Part shown: positions 20,789 to 30,055 of the stretch, piece by piece | Numbering within the stretch: the first letter of the stretch is position 1 | Layout of the letters: every line of letters begins with the position of its first letter | IMG/VR virus record: IMGVR_UViG_3300035181_002074 | Span: 32,001 to 96,000 of that record | Length of the DNA: 64,000 nucleotides | Reading direction: 5' to 3' (one strand) | DNA from: a virus | Program-made: the position numbers and the translations under genes | Notes under the pieces: model-generated | Database searches by the model: none | The model's input: only the letters and a program-made list of their open reading frames with translations | What the model was told of the DNA's origin: nothing

Positions 20789-21193
20789 TTTTTCTTCCTG
20801 ACTGTTTTTACTAGATCGTAAGTCAAACCTTTGCGCGGCGGATTAAATCTTAAAGCAGATTCCCCGTATTCATTATAGGTTTCTGGCTGTTGCTCACAAT
20901 CTTTGGAATCCGGTACGCAAGACCAATCCAAGATGCCTACGTATGGGTATAAACCAGATTTCATCTTGTGTATGATTTTCACAGTACAACCAACGCCGTC
21001 TTTATAAGTTCTACCTATTTTAATCTTGGCTTTGATCATAAATCTGGCCCAGTGTCGATTCCGTGAGCCAAGCACATTGTTTTTACAGCCTGTAGCTGCC
21101 TGTTCAGTTCGGTATAATGCCCGTCAAACCACCATATAGTGTGGATATTAAAAAGTATTAAGCCAAGGATAATTAATAGATACGGTAAATGCT

Positions 21194-21688
21194 TCATTTT
21201 TTGTCCCGTAATTCGGCGATTTGTTGGGACAGTGAATCTATTAGTGATTCAACTCGTCTAATTTTGTAATCCCGTTTAGCTAACTCGAAAAAGTAGCAAT
21301 CAACTGGCTGGTCGTAAGTATTAGAAAACTCGTGTTGTGATCGTAGAATATCAGCCGTATAGGCGGTTCCATCGGGTTGCCAACGGCTAGGGAGATCACC
21401 CCATGCGTCATACCTTTCAAAATTTACAACCTTCCAAGAATGGGTGTCATCGGAACGGGTGCCCGTGGATGTGATCTTTGCTACTGTATGTAAACTTGAA
21501 AAACACTTACCGGCAACATAATTTGATGGCCAACAATACCAAGCACCAAAGATTAAGGTGACAGCAGCAGCTAAAACCGATAAGACTTTTCCACAATCAA
21601 TATCCTTCATGCTGTCTTCTTTATCTGACCCGCGAGACGATGGTAATGGTTCTGGTCTAGTACTTTTAGTCTTTTTTGATTTTGCCAT
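21194..21688 (-). CDS. single-pass membrane protein
   Basis: Hydrophobic segment VLSVLAAAVTLIFGAWYCW. Confidence 0.6.
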   Translation of the reverse strand: MAKSKKTKSTRPEPLPSSRGSDKEDSMKDIDCGKVLSVLAAAVTLIFGAWYCWPSNYVAGKCFSSLHTVAKITSTGTRSDDTHSWKVVNFERYDAWGDLPSRWQPDGTAYTADILRSQHEFSNTYDQPVDCYFFELAKRDYKIRRVESLIDSLSQQIAELRDKK

Positions 21689-21923
21689 TTTGTTCTTTCC
21701 TTCTATCTTGCTCTCTCTTATTTAATAATACCACAATTAAGTTGGTTTGTCCCCTTTCAACTAATTCTCTGGGACGGGCATGCTTTAATGAGGCGTTTTC
21801 TTTTTCATACCAACTTAAGCACTTTGCTCTAGGCCAGCCAAGCTTTTCCATGGCTAACTTGATAACTTCTTCCATGGTCATATGTCCATCATCATGGGGG
21901 TTCCGACATTTGCGCTTAGTCAT
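21666..21923 (-). CDS. Xre/MbcA/ParS antitoxin C-terminal-domain-like protein
   Basis: SWYEKENASLKHARPRELVERG...IVVLL fits W...N..L....P.+L+..G...V. Confidence 0.6.
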   Translation of the reverse strand: MTKRKCRNPHDDGHMTMEEVIKLAMEKLGWPRAKCLSWYEKENASLKHARPRELVERGQTNLIVVLLNKREQDRRKEQNGKIKKD

Positions 21924-22150
21924 TTAATTCTTTCCATATCCTCGCAGAAGAACCAGTAACTCTTGTCTTCGCCTTTGATGTGAACACGAACACTAGTCTC
22001 GTTAACACCTTCAGCGATAAATTCTACCCCTTGATAAAATCCTTCTCTTGGTGTTATTTTATCACCGTACTTTATATTAGATGGGCATTCTTTATATTTT
22101 TCCGGTTTAGCACATCCAGCCAGCATAACCAAAATTAATAAATATTTCAT
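21920..22150 (-). CDS. small lipoprotein
   Basis: MKYLLILVMLAGC lipobox. Confidence 0.65.
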   Translation of the reverse strand: MKYLLILVMLAGCAKPEKYKECPSNIKYGDKITPREGFYQGVEFIAEGVNETSVRVHIKGEDKSYWFFCEDMERIK

Positions 22151-22308
22151 GCAAATTTCTCCGCTAGTATATCGCCTAGACGAAAAATCCAGACGGCAAA
22201 TACGCCTGCCCAATAGCCGCCTGTAAAAGTAGGGTAACTATTTTTAATCGCCATATAGACTACCATTGCACCAATAAATGAACCACCAAAAAATAAGGCT
22301 TTCTTCAT
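22147..22308 (-). CDS. 53-aa membrane protein, leaderless
   Basis: Manual translation MKKALFFGG...; ATG 6 nt after the -10 box. Confidence 0.55.
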   Translation of the reverse strand: MKKALFFGGSFIGAMVVYMAIKNSYPTFTGGYWAGVFAVWIFRLGDILAEKFA

Positions 22309-22314
22309 ATAGTA

Positions 22315-22343
22315 ATCATACCATATTAATTAGAAATTGTCAA
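22315..22343 (-). promoter_or_regulatory. sigma70-type promoter TTGACA-N17-TATGAT
   Basis: Consensus match with TGG extension. Confidence 0.8.
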
Positions 22344-23187
22344 CCGCAACAGAATTCGTCTTCGGTATCTTCTTGACGTACCCGTACCCTGTTTTAGACC
22401 AAGGTGGATTCCCGTTAAAATCGCCCGGACTGGCGGCAAAGCTATCCCATGATACCAATTCGTCTAGTTCTAATGGGTGCAAACGCTTGCGTGTAGCCTT
22501 GAAGTGGGCTCTGGTGTTATTTTCCATGATATCTGATTCTTCTTTGCGTAAATATAAATTATTCCACAGTACAGTCGCTTTTTTGAATCCAAGCTTATCA
22601 ATAAACCACATTTGCATTTGCCAATAAGGAGTATGTTCTGCGTCACCCTTGAATCGTTTCAAATTCGGGAGCCTGATTCGTCGAAAGTTTTCTCGCTTGT
22701 ATCTGTCTAAATTTTCTACGACAGGTGGTGAATTGGCTTTAATTTCGTCATCAGTATATCTGTATGGGGTTCTCTTGGAAATGTATAGTTCATTACGATA
22801 CAGCCCCGTATTGGCTAACCATAATAGCCCGTATTCAGTATTAGACAGGCACAGAATAAATTTTTGATTGAACTGGTAAGTATTAGCATTAAAGATATAA
22901 TAATTGGAAATAATAACTAGCGAGGCATTTAATTCTTTAGATAATGTAGCCAGCTTTCGCGCATTCGCAGTGATATCTAAATGTCCACCCCACACTGACC
23001 CAATATTTGCGGCAAAGATTTGGATATCGTTTAGCGCAATATTCCTTGGATGGTCGTATCTGTAGTATCTATTAATATACGGAGACATGAATCCATCGCC
23101 AAGGATAGAGTCAGCTATTCTCTTGGCTTTGATCGGCAGCATTCCAAATATTCTCCACTTGTACCTTGGCTTCGAAAAATCTTTCAT
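22330..23187 (-). CDS. hypothetical protein (start may be MLPIK)
   Basis: Long ORF within the operon. Confidence 0.6.
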   Translation of the reverse strand: MKDFSKPRYKWRIFGMLPIKAKRIADSILGDGFMSPYINRYYRYDHPRNIALNDIQIFAANIGSVWGGHLDITANARKLATLSKELNASLVIISNYYIFNANTYQFNQKFILCLSNTEYGLLWLANTGLYRNELYISKRTPYRYTDDEIKANSPPVVENLDRYKRENFRRIRLPNLKRFKGDAEHTPYWQMQMWFIDKLGFKKATVLWNNLYLRKEESDIMENNTRAHFKATRKRLHPLELDELVSWDSFAASPGDFNGNPPWSKTGYGYVKKIPKTNSVAVDNF

Positions 23188-23617
23188 GGGCGGCTTCTAC
23201 ATCACCCATGTGCCTTAATAATTGCGCAGCATAAGGCTTGTTTAATTGTTCGGCTAATTTGGCCATATCAGTGTAACCAGTTTTGCCTAAAGTTTCAAAC
23301 CATCCAGCAACCTTCATGGTAATCTTGTAACCAGTGAACTTACATAAAAAATAAATAGCGTTCCCTATTAACCACATCTGGAAATCTAGATGTTTATTGG
23401 GTTCGGCGTCATTTCGCTTCAGTAAAGATTCAATTATCATGATATGATCGTATTCATCTTGGCGAATACGTATTAAGGCTAATTGATCGGCATCATTTTT
23501 GGCTGCTTCTTGGTGGCCTTTATATGCCCAAAACGCGGCTATTTCACCTGCATGAGCTTTTTGCAGCTGCTTGATGAATTTATCTTCATTACTCATAGCC
23601 CACTTAGCGTGATTCAT
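23111..23617 (-). CDS. ferritin-like diiron protein, Coq7/demethoxyubiquinone hydroxylase-like
   Basis: AHAGE..A..AY.GH, EYDH, FE, EAAH carboxylate-diiron ligands. Confidence 0.7.
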   Translation of the reverse strand: MNHAKWAMSNEDKFIKQLQKAHAGEIAAFWAYKGHQEAAKNDADQLALIRIRQDEYDHIMIIESLLKRNDAEPNKHLDFQMWLIGNAIYFLCKFTGYKITMKVAGWFETLGKTGYTDMAKLAEQLNKPYAAQLLRHMGDVEAAHERFFEAKVQVENIWNAADQSQENS

Positions 23618-24084
23618 TTGCCGGAACTCCCGAAACCTTGATCACCGCGAGATGAGTCACTTAGATTGTAAGTCTCGATAATTTCTTCTGCATAGGTGTC
23701 ATAGATTAAACCTTGGGCAATCTTGTCGCCTTGGTTTACATAATAGCCGAAACCTGAGCGATCTGGACTTATCGTACCAATTTTATCTTTGTTGCTAAAA
23801 TTATGTAAAATAACCTTGATTTCTCCACGGTAAGAATTATCTACTATTCCGCCGCCCGTTCTCAAACCCTTAACGGCCATACTTGAACGATCTTCGATTT
23901 TGAAAACTTGTTGCTGTTCGGTATTCCATCTGTTTTGCAATTCGATGGCAATACCAGTAGGCACAATCATGGTTGCGCCGTGCGGGATAAATACCGATTC
24001 GGATGCATATAAATCATAGCCATTGGAGCCGTCATCAGCCCTAGTTGGCAATTTAGCATCTGGATGTAATCTTTTAACTCTCAT
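23614..24084 (-). CDS. dut: trimeric dUTPase
   Basis: GYDL, RSS, GIVDNSYRGEI, RGDQGFGSSG. Confidence 0.95.
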   Translation of the reverse strand: MRVKRLHPDAKLPTRADDGSNGYDLYASESVFIPHGATMIVPTGIAIELQNRWNTEQQQVFKIEDRSSMAVKGLRTGGGIVDNSYRGEIKVILHNFSNKDKIGTISPDRSGFGYYVNQGDKIAQGLIYDTYAEEIIETYNLSDSSRGDQGFGSSGK

Positions 24085-24085
24085 T

Positions 24086-24319
24086 TTAAAGCTTCTTAAT
24101 CTTTGTTTTTGGTTTAGCCGTAAGATCCACAGATAGATTACCGTACACTTCGATAGTCAGCTTAGCAAGGCTTCTGGCAGACAGGTCAATCGAAACATGG
24201 CTAACACCTTTCATCAACTTGCCGTCCATGTATAATTCCATATTACTACCGGTAGATAATCCAGTTGCGCCAGCTTTTGGTTGTAATGAAAATTTATGTC
24301 CGATAGTTTTTTTACTCAT
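24086..24319 (-). CDS. hypothetical protein
   Basis: Coupled ORF. Confidence 0.6.
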   Translation of the reverse strand: MSKKTIGHKFSLQPKAGATGLSTGSNMELYMDGKLMKGVSHVSIDLSARSLAKLTIEVYGNLSVDLTAKPKTKIKKL

Positions 24320-24647
24320 ATGTTTCTCCTGCCTTTAATGGGGCGTCATGGAAGATTCCGTTTGCATCAGCTTCTTCATATTTTATATTACCTAAGATAA
24401 TATCTTGCTGGATTTTCATCCAAACTTTAAATTCTTTAGTTTCAGTCATTCGCTTGAAAGCAAGCGCTTGGTTCTCGCTTTGTTTTCGACTGTCTTGAGA
24501 CTTACCTTCAGCTCCGCTTGCTCGATGTACAATACGGCAGGCGCTTGATGTCTTCTGTTTTTTTTGCCCTCCGTTACCTGAGCCTACATAAAAATGCACA
24601 TCAAAATCTTTTCTAGTTAATGTAAAACATTTGGTTTGCTTTCTCAT
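24312..24647 (-). CDS. RF-1 domain GGQ peptidyl-tRNA hydrolase (ArfB-like)
   Basis: GSGNGGQKKQKTSSACRIVH..SG....Q.SRKQ.EN..LA. Confidence 0.9.
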   Translation of the reverse strand: MRKQTKCFTLTRKDFDVHFYVGSGNGGQKKQKTSSACRIVHRASGAEGKSQDSRKQSENQALAFKRMTETKEFKVWMKIQQDIILGNIKYEEADANGIFHDAPLKAGETYE

Positions 24648-24666
24648 ACCTTATTATACCATAAGT

Positions 24667-26130
24667 TTACTTCCAAAATTCTGGGTCAGCTAATTCATGG
24701 CCTGCAAATATACCTTCCAAATAGCCGATGAGAAATCCGTCTACGACACATTTACCGAATTCACCTTCGCCTTTGTGTCTCTTCTTTTCTTCCTTCATAA
24801 CCTTAATTGCCATTTTATTGAGTTTAACGATAAGATCATGACGCTTAATCAAATGCTGACTGTGCGCGATTAATTCTTCGGGAGTCATTTTCTTTACGTT
24901 TTTCATTTTTTCTTCTTTCTTGGTTTTCGTTTAGACATGGCTGTCGCACATTGTAACCTGATCTTGTTCCACTCCATCATACCGTACCTTTGGGTAAATT
25001 CATCTCTCAGTGTCTTGACGGTGAATCCAAACGAGAAGCTTAATGGATTAACGTTCCCATCTTTGATCATCATCACTATGGCATTTACTTTCATGGCTTC
25101 TTTTTCACCGAGAACCTGATTAAACACCGTAGCGTATAGATCTGCTGTATAATAGGCCACGACGGCATCATTATTAGATACCGATTCGAGGACTTTATCA
25201 ATCAGGCGTTTACCAAATTTCATATTAAAATTGTAAATCTAAAGCTAGGGCTAGGAATATTGCTAATACCGTATAGGCGATTAAAAGGTTATGCACTTGT
25301 CTTTATCCCTAAAGTAATTCATCATGTTAAAAGTCACATTATTACACTGCACCACTAAAGTAGTCCGATTAGAATTAAATCCCACAGAAATGAATTGCCT
25401 ATTATTACCTTCGCATTGCTGTATACCCATTTTGATTAATAATGCCATCGAAATACAAGTCATTTTCTTCTCCTCATAGCGATATTTAACATGATCTTTG
25501 AAACTTCGATAGAGTTTAATCGTGTTAATAAAAAATCAGTAACCTGCTTGTTCGAGTATTCCCAATAATAACCTTCCATTAAAGCTAAAGGAATCTTCTG
25601 GGCTTTACGGCGTAAATCTTTTTGGCAATTATTAATCGCCACTCTAATCATAGAGTGACTAATATAATGCTCATCACCAAGTTCTGGGCTCCCCCAAGTA
25701 TGGTACACCGAACTGGTTCGCGTACCGGCAGTACCTTGGGTGTAATTAATAGTGAAATTGCTTGAGGATACGTTCCTTTGGTGTTTAGCCCAACTCATTT
25801 TTTCCGATCCAAAAAGTATTTATGAACAAGGTTAGCCGCCATTGGGTTATTCAACCGCATTTCCATGAGCATATCGTCCAAATTAATCAGTTCAGCACCG
25901 TCTACAATCCCTACATCGGGTTTACCTTCGCGCCAGATACCTTGGGCTGTCACCACAGTTCCCGTAGCTTCGTCCACTAATACGGTGCCACGTTTGGTCA
26001 CAACCTTAATAATCTGCGGCAGGGCGCCTTCTGCGGCCTTTGGGGAGCCTACAATAACGGCTTCACCTTTAGATAGTTTTTCTAGTAGATCATTAATTGC
26101 GCCAGTGGGTTTTTTAGTGGGTTTCTTCAT
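24667..26130 (-). other. run of small hypothetical CDSs (24667-24906, 24903-25223, 25281-25463, 25460-25798, 25795-26130)
   Basis: Mostly ATGA-coupled ORFs. Confidence 0.55.
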
Positions 26131-27269
26131 ATTTTAATAATAACCTCTTTTTGTTCATCCGTCAACCAGATTTCATAGCATCTGGTCATTTCGTACTGCT
26201 TACGCAGCATATCGTCGGCATTAAATATAGGGTAATGCACGATTTCAAAAGGAACTTGGTACAGGTTTAAGTTGTATGATTCTATCCGATAACGGTATTG
26301 TGGCCTATCATTCATATGTCAACCTGATTTCGTATATTTTGACTATTATAAATGATGACATCCTATTATAATCATAAAACATAAGACTAGCTGCAGTAGC
26401 CGATGGTTTCCTTGGTATATAAAATCCCCCGTCCAGCATAATATCGACGCGATGATCTGGCATCATGGCATAACCTCAATCATCCAGCCTTTGACCATAG
26501 ATTGGGATACCATAAATGCTCCAGATAGATTAATGGTGGGATCTCTTTTAACAGTATACGTGCCAGTAAACATCACAACAATGCGCCAGTGATTTAATCC
26601 GTACCCCATTATTTTTTCACCACATTTTTGGCTTCTAACCCCTTTGGGTTTTCATAAAGATCGAATTCAACTTTATCTCCGCAACTTAAAAGTTTGTAAC
26701 CCTTATCAACAATACTCGAAAAATGCACGAATGCACTTCTGCCATCTTCAAGCTTGATATATCCGTAACCTTTTTTAGCGTCAAACCAATCTACTACACC
26801 CGTTTGCATTTCTTTTTACTTTCTTTAATTTCTAGGAAAAAACCCGCAACAAAATCGACCGGATTATACGGATCATGAGCCACCGATGTCGGGTCTAATA
26901 ACACTGCTTCCGGTGAGAATATCCACGAACTATCAACCAAGAGCCATTGCCCTTTTTGTCTATCTCTAAAAATCATGACCCTAATTTTTTCATTAAAATC
27001 TATTTCAGACATATACGCGGTACACCTTCCTGTCGGCTGGCCAATATATTGGAATCTTATAGGAGTCTCGGATAATTGTGTAGGTTAATGCTCCTCTTTC
27101 ATAAAAATTAATAGCAATAAACAATTGATACTTAATCATAGATCATTATTAAATACATTTTTCGGTCAATTTCATATGGATCAAAAGTGTTTGACATGTC
27201 ATGTGGGTAAACTGGTGCAATCCTTTGAAAGTTTGGTCTCAGTGGAATGAAAATAGTTATAGTTATCAT
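26127..27269 (-). other. second microprotein cluster: 27132-27269, 27005-27139, 26794-27012, 26463-26609, 26308-26466, 26127-26315
   Basis: Manual translation; same terminal motifs as the 652-3235 array. Confidence 0.65.
26609..26809 (-). CDS. csp: cold-shock domain protein
   Basis: G.V.WF...KGYGYI, FVHFSSI, G.KVEF. Confidence 0.95.
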   Translation of the reverse strand: MQTGVVDWFDAKKGYGYIKLEDGRSAFVHFSSIVDKGYKLLSCGDKVEFDLYENPKGLEAKNVVKK

Positions 27270-27514
27270 TCTTTACCTTCAATATCATCATAGCCGTAAA
27301 ATTTTGATAGCGAGTCTATTTTATCCACTACTTCTTTGTTAAAGCCATAATATTCACCATAAAAGCATAAAACGGCGATCAATGGAATATGACTCACTAC
27401 TGCAATGTCGGTGGCAGTATTAGACCAATTAAAATTCTCTTTAGCTTTCTCTTTTTCAAAAATTCCTTTAATCCAGTGATAGTTTCCTCTGTATCTATTG
27501 ATGTCAATTTTCAT
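27266..27514 (-). CDS. hypothetical protein
   Basis: ORF from MKIDIN. Confidence 0.55.
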   Translation of the reverse strand: MKIDINRYRGNYHWIKGIFEKEKAKENFNWSNTATDIAVVSHIPLIAVLCFYGEYYGFNKEVVDKIDSLSKFYGYDDIEGKE

Positions 27515-27644
27515 TTTGTAGCCTATCTTGGATGACTTTGCTTTGGTGGTCAACTTGCTGGGCGATATTATTAACTACAACGATGCACTGATGGGCTATC
27601 AGGAATAGACACGCTATCATTACAATGGATAATACTAACCTCAT
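27504..27644 (-). CDS. small membrane protein, leaderless
   Basis: MRLVLSIVMIACLFL; ATG 7 nt after the -10 box. Confidence 0.55.
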   Translation of the reverse strand: MRLVLSIVMIACLFLIAHQCIVVVNNIAQQVDHQSKVIQDRLQNEN

Positions 27645-27651
27645 TCTAAAT

Positions 27652-27692
27652 ATAATACCACAATAAAGCGATTTAGTCAACCCCCTAATATT
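27652..27692. promoter_or_regulatory. back-to-back promoters: sigma70 TTGACT-N17-TATTAT (-) and CCTAATATT (+)
   Basis: Same architecture as 3405-3443. Confidence 0.75.
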
Positions 27693-27698
27693 CATAGT

Positions 27699-28127
27699 AT
27701 GAAAACTAATCAAAAAGGTCTGGATTTAATTAAAAGTTTCGAGGGGTTACGTCTACATAGCTATCAAGATAGCGTAGGAATATGGACCATCGGGTACGGC
27801 TCTACCGGTGCTGATATCATCGCTGGAATGACTTGGACGGAAGCTCAAGCCGATGCCAGAATGGCGCAAGACTTAGCTAAATTTGAGCAAGGGGTATCGG
27901 AAGCTTTAACCGTTACAGTAACAGAAAACCAATTCGCAGCAATGGTAGCGCTGGCGTATAATGTGGGGTTAGGTAATTTTAAAAGCAGCACATTACTGAA
28001 GAAAGTAAATGCACAAGATTTTGCCGAAGCAGCAAAACAGTTCTTGCGTTGGAACAAAGCTGGTGGTAAAGTATTAGCTGGGCTTACTAGAAGACGAGAA
28101 GCAGAAAAAGCACTATTTGAGGAGTAG
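27699..28127 (+). CDS. endolysin, GH24 lysozyme
   Basis: FEGLRL..Y.D..G.WTIGYG.T; GLTRRREAE. Confidence 0.95.
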   Translation: MKTNQKGLDLIKSFEGLRLHSYQDSVGIWTIGYGSTGADIIAGMTWTEAQADARMAQDLAKFEQGVSEALTVTVTENQFAAMVALAYNVGLGNFKSSTLLKKVNAQDFAEAAKQFLRWNKAGGKVLAGLTRRREAEKALFEE

Positions 28128-28129
28128 AA

Positions 28130-28432
28130 ATGATTTACGACGATGACAGCTATCTATGGGGCTACGGTGGCGGTGAATCTGCAGCTAAACCACTTGTGAC
28201 ATCATCTAGAGATGATATTTATAAATACTCGATGCGTATCAGAGATCTGACCAAAACTGCGATGATCAGTAAAGAAGAAACTGTGGAACTGGAAGACCTT
28301 AGAAAAAAAATTGAGGACATTAGAAGTACTTGCTGGCACGACTGGGAAGTTACTGTTTTATTTCAATTCCCAAAAAGATTATGTAAGCGCTGCGACAAAG
28401 AAGATACCTCTTTTAATCACAGCGCCAAATAA
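28130..28432 (+). CDS. hypothetical protein with CxH...CxxC
   Basis: GAGGAG RBS; follows the lysozyme. Confidence 0.6.
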   Translation: MIYDDDSYLWGYGGGESAAKPLVTSSRDDIYKYSMRIRDLTKTAMISKEETVELEDLRKKIEDIRSTCWHDWEVTVLFQFPKRLCKRCDKEDTSFNHSAK

Positions 28433-28433
28433 T

Positions 28434-28613
28434 TTAAGATAAATCGACTTTTAATACTTTAGCAGTACCAATAGTTAAAGCAATTGCGGGTATAAATAAT
28501 CCCACTAATCCAAATGATAGGCTTTTTTTGAAACATAGTATGATTCCATAAAGATGGATACCTATGCTTGCAATAATTAACCCAGACAGTAAAATAACTA
28601 ATAATAAGCTCAT
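28434..28613 (-). CDS. 59-aa two-TM membrane protein
   Basis: Manual translation MSLLLVILLSGLIIAS... Confidence 0.55.
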   Translation of the reverse strand: MSLLLVILLSGLIIASIGIHLYGIILCFKKSLSFGLVGLFIPAIALTIGTAKVLKVDLS

Positions 28614-28614
28614 A

Positions 28615-29532
28615 TTAATTCCTGTGAATTAGGTCATCACCTGTAAGAGTGTTCTCTAGGCAAAGACCATTAGTGTTCACTTTTTCATCTTTTGCTTTTT
28701 GACATGCTTGGTTAAGTTTTACAACAGAATCATGCAAACTTGCATCTTCGGTCGGAGCAGCGGTTGATTGATAGCTTGGACGGATAGCTTTAAGTGTCTT
28801 GGCTTCGACATTTAAAAAGAATCTTACGTAATCAGGTGGTACGGCCATTGCATACCCCAAAGAACCTTGTCCTGCAAAAGCTAATCCAGTTAATTCACCT
28901 TTTTTATTGAAAATCGGTGAACCGGATGAACCGGGCATAATTGTCGCTGTTACTAGTTGTGACTGATAGCTTTCATAAATAGGTAATCCACCTACTAAAC
29001 CGCAAATAAATCCCATAGCTGGATCTTTAAAGTCATCATCAGTACATTTACGCATTCCAATTAAGATCGTAATAATTTGAGACCCACTAAAATGTCCGGC
29101 AGTAACCGTTGTAGGCAATAAAGCTGGGTGACCCACAATAAATGCAGGTTCATAATAGTTTAAAGAGTCTGCGGCTAAGTTCACTCCAGTGCCAAGGTTT
29201 TCAGCAATCTGAATTAAACATAAATCGTGAGTTTGGGATGGCTTATAAGAAACAACGGTATTTAATTTGCCGTCATCAGTGCGAACCAATCCACCATTTT
29301 TTACGACACCACATACGTGACGGTTCGTCAAAATAAACGAGCCGTTACTTGTAGAAGAAAGAATTACTCCACTTCCACCACTATTTTGCGCCATATTTAC
29401 AATAGATACGGACACAGTTGCTAATTCTGCATTTGTGGTTGGGCGAATACGATTGTCACTCCATCGCTCGTGCAATAATATTATTCCTAATAGAAGGGCA
29501 AGTGCCCCAGTTGCTAAACCTAACTTTTTCAA
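28615..29532 (-). CDS. membrane-anchored trypsin-like serine protease
   Basis: N-terminal TM; GSG, LTNRHVC, HDLC, PGSSGSP. Confidence 0.9.
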   Translation of the reverse strand: MKKLGLATGALALLLGIILLHERWSDNRIRPTTNAELATVSVSIVNMAQNSGGSGVILSSTSNGSFILTNRHVCGVVKNGGLVRTDDGKLNTVVSYKPSQTHDLCLIQIAENLGTGVNLAADSLNYYEPAFIVGHPALLPTTVTAGHFSGSQIITILIGMRKCTDDDFKDPAMGFICGLVGGLPIYESYQSQLVTATIMPGSSGSPIFNKKGELTGLAFAGQGSLGYAMAVPPDYVRFFLNVEAKTLKAIRPSYQSTAAPTEDASLHDSVVKLNQACQKAKDEKVNTNGLCLENTLTGDDLIHRN

Positions 29533-30035
29533 AATGAAACTCCTAACGTTAAACCTGTAGTGCGATTTTGTAAGTAAAATGCTCCAGCCGTGACCGCTCC
29601 GAAAACACGCTTGGTAGCTATAACCCCATATTCTGGAGAGTTAAATTTATTGATATTGGAATATGCCATGGCTCCTAAGAATACCCCGCTGCCACTGCGC
29701 TCGGTAGTTTTCTCGGCTAATTGTTCTTTGTATTTCTCTATCTCTTTTTTTGTTTCTTCTGTGGTATTTTGGGTGGTTGTCCCTTTATCGGTAATACGAG
29801 TTTCTTTTGTTTTTGTTCCGTCTGGATGAGTAGTTTCTGTAATGATGACAATCTTATTCTTTTGCTCCACCTTATCGGAAGTTTTTTCCGTTTTAGTTAC
29901 TTCTTTGATTACTTCTTTGATTTCAATCTTGGTCACAGTCTTAGTTGGTGATACCCAATATCCGAGCCCGAACACTCCTAAGAGGAGAGCAGCGGCAATT
30001 AATTTAGCTTGTAAAGTGCTTAAGTCAATCTTCAT
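29529..30035 (-). CDS. N-anchored coiled-coil protein with C-terminal amphipathic beta strands (spanin-like candidate)
   Basis: TM, K/E/T-rich stalk, ends GLTLGVSF. Confidence 0.55.
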   Translation of the reverse strand: MKIDLSTLQAKLIAAALLLGVFGLGYWVSPTKTVTKIEIKEVIKEVTKTEKTSDKVEQKNKIVIITETTHPDGTKTKETRITDKGTTTQNTTEETKKEIEKYKEQLAEKTTERSGSGVFLGAMAYSNINKFNSPEYGVIATKRVFGAVTAGAFYLQNRTTGLTLGVSF

Positions 30036-30055
30036 ATATTATATTACCATAACTT

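Noticed and set aside
25460-25798. SMIRVAINNCQKDLRRK resembles ECF sigma region 2.4
   Set aside because: Too short a match; the rest of the protein does not fit.
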